From contig JBBRJN010000001.1 in assembly GCA_038219365.1 (NCBI GenBank), forward strand, positions 1 to 25,662: a stretch of DNA of 25,662 nucleotides, given 5' to 3'. A model generated the notes under the pieces. It was not told where the DNA came from, ran no database searches, and saw only the letters and a program-made list of their open reading frames with translations. A program made the translations under genes and the position numbers. Source of the DNA: Kiritimatiellia bacterium (GTDB lineage: Bacteria; Verrucomicrobiota; Kiritimatiellia; RFP12; UBA1067). Every line of letters starts with the position of its first letter. Positions within the stretch are counted from its first letter, which is position 1. Below are positions 1 through 6,566 of the stretch, one piece after another.

Positions 1-37
1 GACAGGTCAGTAGCTAATCCAACAGCCTGTTGCCTTC

Positions 38-1300
38 TCACCGATTTTTCGGGCAAACCGCAAAACAGCGCCCGCACGCCACGCACCGGAGCCGGTCGGC
101 CTCGTGCCCTGACCTCCGCTGAAGCCGTGTCAGCCCCAGCAGACGCAATGCGATCACCAGTCCGATAAAGGCCCCCGCACCCGTGCACCCTGTGCGGAAA
201 CGGCCAACCGTCCCAGCCGCCCGCGTTTCAGCCCACTCACGGCTTTGGCCCGTGCGCTTGAACGCTTCGATTTCGGGATAAAGATCCTCATCGGCACCTG
301 TAGCCGAGTCCAGCCGGTTGACCAGCGCCACGTCCGGGTGCGCCTTCGCGACAAACGCGCCAGCCAGCCAACCGGCTCCCGCACAGCCCGCGATCAGTAC
401 CGGCGCGAGCGCCAGGATCATGATAAAGCGTTTGAACTGCCTGGCACGCGCCGAGTCGCTCAGTGCCGCGCGAGGCACCGTGATCGCGTCCACCGGACAC
501 GTGCCCGCGCAGAGGCGGCAATCGATGCACGTCTCTTTCGTCACCTCGACCCGCTTCCACGACAGCCGCGAGCATCCCTCTAGCAACACGCCGTAGGGAC
601 AAAAATAGCGGCAGTAGGGCCGCGCGACCACCAGGCCGACCAGCAGGACCGCCATCCCCGTCAGCAGCATCGGCAGAGGCGCGCTCCGCCGGAAGAATCC
701 AACGAACGGATCGGCGCGGCAAATCAGATAACCCGCGCCGTTCACCGCATACACGAGGCCGACCGAGAGCACCACGAGCGGCACCAGTCGCAGCACCGCA
801 TCCAGCGCCCGCGGCAGGCGCTGCGGCCTAACGATGAACAGGTCCTGCATCGCGCCCAAAGGACACACAGCCGCGCAAAAGACCCGGCCAAAGAGCAGCG
901 CCGTCAACAGCGGCAACGCGAACAGCGCCGCGACAAACCACGGCAGCCCGCCGCCGCTCCACGCCGCCACGGCCACATTCTGCACCGACCCGACTGGACA
1001 AATACACCCGTGCTTGACAAAGCCGAACCACGCCAAGCACACCAGTGAAAATGCCAGTATCCAACGCCGCGACCGAACCTTGCGCACCAGCCAGACCGAG
1101 ATCCCAAGAGCCACGGCCAAGATCAGCACATCCGCCCATGCCGGCACCAGCGCTGTAAACGCCGGATGCGTCGCCTGCGGCACCGTGTGCCCGGAGTCGA
1201 ACTGCGGCCGCGGAAAGCGCGAGTTCGCCAAGGCAAAAAAGGGGAGCAGCCACGCAAACACGCCGAGCAGTCGCTTTTTGATTCGAATCTGAAAAAACAC
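38..1300 (-). CDS. NapH/MauN-type membrane 4Fe-4S binding protein (polyferredoxin)
   Basis: 420-aa ORF with GTG start and GAGG upstream. Several hydrophobic segments. NapH-type motifs GCICPVGSVQ, GRVFCAAVCPLGAMQD, RPYCRYFCPYG and ferredoxin motifs CIDCRLCAGTCP and C-terminal CVACGRCFAVCP. Confidence 0.85.
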   Translation of the reverse strand: MFFQIRIKKRLLGVFAWLLPFFALANSRFPRPQFDSGHTVPQATHPAFTALVPAWADVLILAVALGISVWLVRKVRSRRWILAFSLVCLAWFGFVKHGCICPVGSVQNVAVAAWSGGGLPWFVAALFALPLLTALLFGRVFCAAVCPLGAMQDLFIVRPQRLPRALDAVLRLVPLVVLSVGLVYAVNGAGYLICRADPFVGFFRRSAPLPMLLTGMAVLLVGLVVARPYCRYFCPYGVLLEGCSRLSWKRVEVTKETCIDCRLCAGTCPVDAITVPRAALSDSARARQFKRFIMILALAPVLIAGCAGAGWLAGAFVAKAHPDVALVNRLDSATGADEDLYPEIEAFKRTGQSREWAETRAAGTVGRFRTGCTGAGAFIGLVIALRLLGLTRLQRRSGHEADRLRCVACGRCFAVCPKNR

Positions 1301-1313
1301 CTTGGTTCCTCTT

Positions 1314-1421
1314 TGTTCGTAGTGGCGCCGTCAGGCGCTTCTTTCCAATGCCGCTCGAAATGCGCGAAACAGGCTTTGTTGATGTTCGTAGTGGCGCCGT
1401 CAGGCGCTTCTTTCCGATGCC
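1314..1421 (+). repeat. Direct-repeat doublet of a GTAG-type REP-like palindrome (two 39-bp copies, 69-bp period)
   Basis: TGTTCGTAGTGGCGCCGTCAGGCGCTTCTTTCC(A/G)ATGCC at 1314-1352 and 1383-1421. Each copy has GTAG 5' of the hairpin GCGCC-GTCA-GGCGC. A partial third copy CAGGCGCTTC lies at 1451-1460. Confidence 0.8.
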
Positions 1422-1467
1422 CCTTATGCCCTTGCGGACAGGCTGCAACCCAGGCGCTTCCTCGCGT

Positions 1468-2031
1468 CTAAACCAGCATCTCCTTCAGCAGGTATGGCTG
1501 CGAGGCGGGAACCTGCGTGAAGGCCTGCGCCGGACACGCCTCGGCGATGCGGCAGGTGTTGCAGTTCACGCAGCGGTCATGCCGTACCTGAAGATAGAGC
1601 GAACCGTTGCCGAAGTTGGTGCAGCCCTTCACGCACAGACCGCAAGCCGTGCAGAGCGGTTCGTCAACGTGGTACTCGAAGTACGGATCCTCGACAAACT
1701 GGCGCCGGATCGCGCCCGTGGGGCAAGTCTGGTTCTCCGCCGCCTCATCCAGCCTCGCCGCATCCGGCTTAAAATACCCGAAGCATAGTTTACAATACCC
1801 GCACATCACATAGCCATGCACGCACTTCACCGCCGAGGGCTGTAGCACGCACGCGGTCTCGCACTTGCCGCACTGGATGCACTTGCGCGGGTCAAGTTGC
1901 CAGACCTTGCGGTCGCCCGCCGGACGGCTCGCCGCCTTGGCCGCGAACGTCGCGACCACCGCGCCCGCACCGGCCCGCAGCAGCCACGCCAGCGCGTTTC
2001 TCCGCGTCACTTGTCCGTCTTCCTTGCTCAT
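1468..2031 (-). CDS. Tat-exported multi-[4Fe-4S] ferredoxin
   Basis: 187-aa ORF. Twin-arginine-like N-terminus TRRNALAWLL followed by a hydrophobic stretch. Cys motifs CIQCGKCETAC, CGYCKLC, CPTG, CTACGLCVKGC, CVNCNTC..CP. AGGA upstream of ATG. Confidence 0.85.
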   Translation of the reverse strand: MSKEDGQVTRRNALAWLLRAGAGAVVATFAAKAASRPAGDRKVWQLDPRKCIQCGKCETACVLQPSAVKCVHGYVMCGYCKLCFGYFKPDAARLDEAAENQTCPTGAIRRQFVEDPYFEYHVDEPLCTACGLCVKGCTNFGNGSLYLQVRHDRCVNCNTCRIAEACPAQAFTQVPASQPYLLKEMLV

Positions 2032-2069
2032 CGCACGTTCCTAACCCGGCAAAGCCGGAACCCAAACGC

Positions 2070-2477
2070 TCAAAAGGCCGCCAGCAGTTCATCCGGCTCC
2101 AGAGCCTTAATGATCGAATTGCGAAAATCCCGCGTGTTCCGGGTCACGATCGCATCTACTCCAGCTAGGTGTCCGGCCTGTTCTAAAACCGCATCCTCGA
2201 AATCCGTGATCCGGCTTCGGAGCGCTTCTTCAAGAACAAGCCGGTTGACTGGGGCAATCCCGAATAAGGCTAAAAGCCGGCGTATCGTCTCGGCACTCTC
2301 TGGGCGCGAGAGCGTCTGAGTCAACAGATAGCCCAGTGTGGTCACAGTTGTCGCGCAAAGCAATCCTTCGACCTGCCCCCGCTCAACTAGCCCGAAAACC
2401 CTCACGGCTTGACCCACAAACGGTTTCCTGCCCAGCAGGACATCGAGAACAATATTCGTATCGAAGAGAACCCTCAC
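2070..2477 (-). CDS. vapC: PIN-domain (VapC-like) toxin
   Basis: 135 aa. N-terminal RVLFDTNIVLDVL and C-terminal DFEDAVL...IVTRNTRDF carry the PIN acidic tetrad pattern. The GTG start overlaps the upstream stop (GTGA, 2474-2477). Confidence 0.9.
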   Translation of the reverse strand: MRVLFDTNIVLDVLLGRKPFVGQAVRVFGLVERGQVEGLLCATTVTTLGYLLTQTLSRPESAETIRRLLALFGIAPVNRLVLEEALRSRITDFEDAVLEQAGHLAGVDAIVTRNTRDFRNSIIKALEPDELLAAF

Positions 2478-2713
2478 AGGTACTTCTCCTGAAGGTGCTT
2501 TTTGTAGGCTTCCTCAGAAGCCTTGCCACGCCCCATCACTCCAACGAGCGAAGCGGTGACTGGGGGAATGTCTTGAGGAACATGCCGAGTTCCAGTCACT
2601 GAACCGAAAAACTCGCTCACCATCTGTGACACGGATTTCCCCCGACGCAACGCCTCCATCTTGGCACTCTCAACCAACGAGCCCTCCATCCGCAATGTGA
2701 GTTTTGTTTGCAT
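2474..2713 (-). CDS. Ribbon-helix-helix antitoxin (DUF6364-like)
   Basis: 79 aa. MQTKLTLRMEGSLVESAKMEALRRGKSVSQMV fits the beta-helix-helix RHH pattern. 4-nt overlap with the PIN gene. Confidence 0.85.
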   Translation of the reverse strand: MQTKLTLRMEGSLVESAKMEALRRGKSVSQMVSEFFGSVTGTRHVPQDIPPVTASLVGVMGRGKASEEAYKKHLQEKYL

Positions 2714-2750
2714 GACGTATATGATACAAGTTTCTATACGTATTTGTCAA
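2714..2750 (-). promoter_or_regulatory. Sigma70-type promoter of the TA operon with palindromic operator; leaderless geometry
   Basis: Minus strand reads TTGACA (2750-2745), 18 nt, TATCAT (2726-2721), 7 nt, ATG, with no Shine-Dalgarno. Perfect palindrome ATACGTAT at 2736-2743 and a partial copy ACGTAT at 2715-2720. Confidence 0.75.
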
Positions 2751-2878
2751 TGAGCCGGAATCCCACCCTCCGTCCGTCGCGATGGGATGTCAGTAATAGC
2801 TAGAGCCTGTCCGAAAAGGGTTTTGAAATGAAAATGCTGAAAACAAAGGACTTTATGAGGCAGGTAGAACTGCATCTG

Positions 2879-3376
2879 CGGCAATGCCCTGCGGACGTTT
2901 CGGGGAAACGTCCCTACCAGTGGCGCACTAGCGTCCGTGTTCCCGGCGTGTGTGGCCGCGTCCGGTAGGGACGGCTCCCCGAGCCGTCCGCCGGTCCCAG
3001 TCTCCTCAAATGCGGTGCTGCAATGACCTGCGGACGTTTCGGGGAAACGGTTGCTACCAGTGGCGCACGAGCGTCCCTCTTCCCGGCGTGTGTGGCCACG
3101 TCCGCTACTTCCCACCTAGGAGCTATTCCCGATTACTTATTAGCTTCCCCGGCGTGTGTGGCCGCGTCCGGTAGGGACGGATCCCCGAGCCGTCCGCCGG
3201 TCCCAGTCTCGTCAAATGCGGTGCTGCAATGACCTGCGGACGTTTCGGGGAAACGGTTGCTACCAGTGGCGCACTAGCGTCCGTGTTCCCGGCGTGTGTG
3301 GCCGCGTCCGGTAGGGACGGATCCCCGAGCCGTCCGCCGGTCCTAGTCTCGTCAAATGCGTAGCAGCAAGGCCCTG
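2879..3376. repeat. Tandem array of alternating inverted GTAG-REP palindromes (BIME/REPIN-like, about 140-bp unit x3)
   Basis: Reverse REPs at 2892-2917, 3031-3057, 3237-3263 and forward REPs at 2965-2990, 3171-3196, 3311-3336. Consensus GTAG-GGACG-NNTC-CCC-GANN-CGTCC-G. Linkers are conserved between units. Confidence 0.9.
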
Positions 3377-3410
3377 TTGTTGGTTGTTGGGCGTTGGATG
3401 TTGGGTGTTG
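3376..3410 (+). repeat. Degenerate heptamer tandem repeat (GNYGTTG x5)
   Basis: gttgttg gttgttg ggcgttg gatgttg ggtgttg. Confidence 0.8.
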
Positions 3411-3494
3411 AAACTGCGAGCGCGCCGGGGATGCCCAGTACCCTTTTTTCAGCGTCACAAAACCTTTTCGAACAGGCTCTAGCTAGGCCCTACG

Positions 3495-4778
3495 TCACCG
3501 CTCCAATAGTCTGATGCGCCACCAAGCCGACTCCACGGGGAAGAACTGGCTCAGAAAAACTCGGCTGAAGTCATAGTGTGTGATTACCTTCTCAATGGCG
3601 ACGCGGTGTGACATGACGAACTGGCGATCAGGGCACAGCGTAACCACCCACGCGGCGAAGCAGGGCTCGCGCAGGTAATCTTTCTCGATATTCATTCGGG
3701 GCGAGGCGCGGTGCTGCACGCGCAGGCCCGCGTTGGCGACATCCACGGCATCCTGCTCACTGAACTGCGGCTTCCAGGCTTCATTCATGACGCGCCAGTC
3801 GATGTTGAACACCTCAGCGCCGTTCACGTCGAACTTTTCGATCAAAGGCAGGCTCTTTACCGATAGTTCCGCGCTACGGCGCAGCCCCTCGGCATACGCG
3901 GCCTTCAACGTGGCGTCCGCCTCCATCTCCCACAAAGCGCGAAGGCAGACCACGCCCTCTGATCCTGTCCATGAATGACGCTCTCCCTGTCCCGGGTCGA
4001 AGATCATACCGGTGCGGCAGAAGTCGATGCGCGGACGCTGCAACTGACCGACTTTTTCGTTTGCGGCGGCGAGATAGTGCTGCTGCCACTTCGCCTCGCC
4101 GGTGAAATGATGCATCGCCTTCATTACGAACAACAGCCTCGGCACGCCTTCCCACGTTGGCTTGCTAAGATCGCCTCGGTACTTCGAGGGCGGTCCGTCT
4201 GCGGGAATCTTCCAACCATTTTGATCGAGAATCGTCACCTGCTCGACGAACCTGGCGATGAGATCCTGCTTTTCTGCTTCGTCTTTTGGTACTCCATCGG
4301 TCACATAGCGCCAGATGCCATACAACCACGGTGTGGTTTGGTCGTTCGATCCCATGGGGTAGGTCGCCTTGCCGTCCGTGGCGATGCCCCGCGCGATGAA
4401 CCCCGGCGTCTTACCGATGGATGAGACCTTGAGCAAACCGTCGATCAAGCGCCGTGCCTTCGCGCGATCCTCGTCCTTGCGCGTAATCGTCCAGCGACTG
4501 CACGCGGAGTCGAGATACAGGCCGTTGAACATCGGCCCGTCCTCGTTCGGCACACCCCAACTCAATGCACTGGGTTTCATCTCACGGCAGTCCTCCCGTG
4601 TGGGCCGAATGATCTCACCTTTCAACCCGACGTAATCGAGGATCAGATTGTGCTCGTCCACAAACCGCCGCCACAGCTCGTCATGCGCCTTTTCGGCAGC
4701 GATTGCGGGATCGGAAGCGTGCAGAGAGGTGGCGCATGTGACGGCGAGTATGACGAACATAAAGACTTGATGGTTCAT
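3495..4778 (-). CDS. Secreted hypothetical protein, possibly an (alpha/alpha) helical-barrel enzyme
   Basis: 427-aa ORF with signal-peptide-like N-terminus (VFMFVILAVTCATSLHA). Sequence looks helix-rich with Trp/Tyr/Asp/Glu motifs (GFIARG, GSNDQTTPWLYG). No family recognised. Confidence 0.6.
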   Translation of the reverse strand: MNHQVFMFVILAVTCATSLHASDPAIAAEKAHDELWRRFVDEHNLILDYVGLKGEIIRPTREDCREMKPSALSWGVPNEDGPMFNGLYLDSACSRWTITRKDEDRAKARRLIDGLLKVSSIGKTPGFIARGIATDGKATYPMGSNDQTTPWLYGIWRYVTDGVPKDEAEKQDLIARFVEQVTILDQNGWKIPADGPPSKYRGDLSKPTWEGVPRLLFVMKAMHHFTGEAKWQQHYLAAANEKVGQLQRPRIDFCRTGMIFDPGQGERHSWTGSEGVVCLRALWEMEADATLKAAYAEGLRRSAELSVKSLPLIEKFDVNGAEVFNIDWRVMNEAWKPQFSEQDAVDVANAGLRVQHRASPRMNIEKDYLREPCFAAWVVTLCPDRQFVMSHRVAIEKVITHYDFSRVFLSQFFPVESAWWRIRLLER

Positions 4779-4852
4779 GTGGATTATCGGGGGTAAAGTT
4801 TCGGTTTTGTCGTCCTTAGTTTGGCACTTCTAACAGTCAATCCTCCGTCTCT

Positions 4853-5962
4853 TCACAGCCCGCCCAGCAGGTCGCGAATCTGACGTTCGCGCGCCTCGAT
4901 CGATTCGCACAGGCGGAACTGCACCCGTGCGCGGTTGAGGTTTTGCTCGGGGTGGCGGATTTTGAAGTAGACGCTGCCCGCAAGATAGTCCTGGAAGAAG
5001 CGCAGGCCGAGCTCAAAGGTGATCAGCCGGATCGCGTCATACAGGTATTTGCGGTCGGCTTCTGTCAGGAAGCCACGCGAGTGGGCGATGTAGCCTTTGC
5101 AGAAGGCCGCGCAGAGGTCGAGATCGAAGATCACCTTGCTGAGGTTCTGTTCATCCTCGCCCGCGTGGTTGCAGATTGAACGCAGAGCGTCGCCGAAATC
5201 GTAGTGGATCAGCCCCGGGCTCACGGTGTCGAGGTCGATCATCGCGGTGCCCTTGCCGGTGAAGTCGTCGATCATGATGTTGTTGACCTTGGGGTCGCCG
5301 TGCATCATGCGTAAGGTGAGTTCGCCGGAATCCAGCGCCTGCTGGAACGTGGCGGCAAAGCCGCGGCGCTCCTCGATGAACATCGCCATGCGCCGGGCCT
5401 CCATCGAGGCGTTCAGGCGCTCGTCGGCGAGCGGCAGGGCCTGGCGCGTCGCGTCATACTTGGCCAGATAGGCAGGCGTGATGTGGAAGCCCGGCAACGG
5501 GTCGATCATCGTTTTGGGATCGAGGTCCGAGACCAGCCAGTGGAAGTGGCCCAGGACCGCGCCGCACTCGGACGCGTGCTCCGCGCCCTGAGCCTCCTCG
5601 AACGCCGTGGCCGACGCAACCTTGGTGATGACGCGCCAGAGGTCGCCCGCCTCGTCCACAAAGAAGTCCTTGCCGTCGCGCGTCTGCATGATGCACGGCA
5701 TCTGCCACACGCGGTCAGCCGTGTCGCTCTCGGCCTCCAGCTTGGGGTGGACATGCGCCGTGAGCTGGCGCAGATTGTGCATGATCGCCTCGGGCTTGGG
5801 GAAGACGTTGCGGTTCACGCGCTGTAGGATCACCTGCTCTTCGGCGAACGTGTTGCGGAAGATCGCCAGGAACGTGTCATTCACATTACCGTTGCCCGTG
5901 GGGTTGATGGTGACCAACCGCCCAGACACGTTGAACGCCTTCATCAGCAAGGACAACTCCAT
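4853..5962 (-). CDS. Aminoglycoside phosphotransferase-fold kinase, N-acetylhexosamine 1-kinase/MdsC-like
   Basis: Motifs GNGNVNDTF, ILQRVN, HGDPKVNNIM (Brenner motif), IDLDTVSPG, YDFGDALRS, ELGLRFFQDYL. Start moved to the ATG at 5962 because GGGAGG lies 8 nt upstream (369 aa). Confidence 0.8.
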   Translation of the reverse strand: MELSLLMKAFNVSGRLVTINPTGNGNVNDTFLAIFRNTFAEEQVILQRVNRNVFPKPEAIMHNLRQLTAHVHPKLEAESDTADRVWQMPCIMQTRDGKDFFVDEAGDLWRVITKVASATAFEEAQGAEHASECGAVLGHFHWLVSDLDPKTMIDPLPGFHITPAYLAKYDATRQALPLADERLNASMEARRMAMFIEERRGFAATFQQALDSGELTLRMMHGDPKVNNIMIDDFTGKGTAMIDLDTVSPGLIHYDFGDALRSICNHAGEDEQNLSKVIFDLDLCAAFCKGYIAHSRGFLTEADRKYLYDAIRLITFELGLRFFQDYLAGSVYFKIRHPEQNLNRARVQFRLCESIEARERQIRDLLGGL

Positions 5963-5991
5963 AAGAAAAACCTCCCGTACCTTATCCCGTC

Positions 5992-6391
5992 TTACTCGTA
6001 ACTCACTGCCCAATCCAGCGAAAAGACGCGGTCGGTTTCGTTGCGCCGCTGCTGGGGATTGAACCGCACCGACATGAAGCGCCCGTTTTCAAGCGTCAGC
6101 ATCAATGGACGCCCGTAGAACTTGTGTTCAGCGTCCACTTTCTCTTCTGCCACCGGATCGTCCTTATCCAGAAAGCGGTCGTTGTAGATGAAGTCGCGGT
6201 TGCCGGTGTTGTAGGGCGGGTCGATCAGGATGCACTTGACCCGTCCGGCGTGGTTCGCCGCGGAAAGCAGGAAGAGTAATGCCCGATGCGCCTTTTTCCG
6301 CGAAGATGATCTGCCCCCGTTCAATAAAACCGCCTGCGTTCGCCGTATCATGTAAACGTCGCGCCACCAACGCGCAATACCTTCTATTCAC
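5992..6391 (-). pseudogene. Mosaic remnant containing a type III restriction-modification Mod methyltransferase fragment
   Basis: HAGRVKCILIDPPYNTGNRDFIYNDRFLDKDD (about 6252-6157) matches the motif IV region of Mod-type N6-adenine MTases. The flanking sequence does not continue as a Mod protein, and motif I (FxGSG) is absent. Confidence 0.65.
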
Positions 6392-6566
6392 GGTGAAATG
6401 TTACTAGAACCAGAGGCCCCCGACAAGCAGGGATTGGGGTCGGGTGCGATTCAACTTAGTCGAATCCGCAGCCGAGACTTGAGGCACACGAGCAATTCCA
6501 TTGCCGGAAACAACCGGTATTTGATATTGTTGAACTGTTTCTAAAATGCATTTGGGGAGGTATTCA

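Larger units (their letters stand above)
2803..3479. mobile_element. Non-autonomous MITE-like element (677 bp) with IS5-like terminal inverted repeats
   Basis: Left end GAGCCTGTCCGAAAAGGGTTTTG (2803-2825). Right end reverse complement GAGCCTGTTCGAAAAGGTTTTG (3479-3458), one substitution and one indel. Shared subterminal GCTGAAAA. Flanked on both sides by TAGCTA (2797-2802, 3480-3485). No transposase ORF inside. Confidence 0.75.

Noticed and set aside
1372-1382. GGCTTTGTTGA resembling the start of the IS903 terminal repeat
   Set aside because: An 11-nt match only, with no inverted partner and no transposase.
1314-1421. Mini-CRISPR (33-39-nt repeat, about 30-nt spacer)
   Set aside because: Only two full copies, no leader or cas genes, and the GTAG-plus-hairpin structure fits a REP better.
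2879-3376. CRISPR array
   Set aside because: The linkers between palindromes are themselves repeated, the palindromes alternate in orientation and carry the GTAG REP signature, and no cas genes are in the window. Only one unique insert exists.
2747-3458. ORFs of 61-122 aa across the repeat element
   Set aside because: They are translations of REP units and heptamers (repeated RPYRTRPH, QHPTSNAQQP), with no SD or recognisable domain, and no transposase motifs.
2036-4840. Integron cassettes (GTTAG on the minus strand upstream of the ferredoxin and the 427-aa gene; TA module)
   Set aside because: Neither site matches GTTRRRY fully, no complementary RYYYAAC or attC-length palindrome follows any stop codon, and no integrase is present.
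5963-6013. Longer ORF-track starts for the kinase (also 6546, 7427, 15101, 16703, 20476)
   Set aside because: Downstream ATGs give intact signal peptides or domain starts (most with a clear SD), and two of the longer versions (6013, 7427) overlap neighbouring ORFs.
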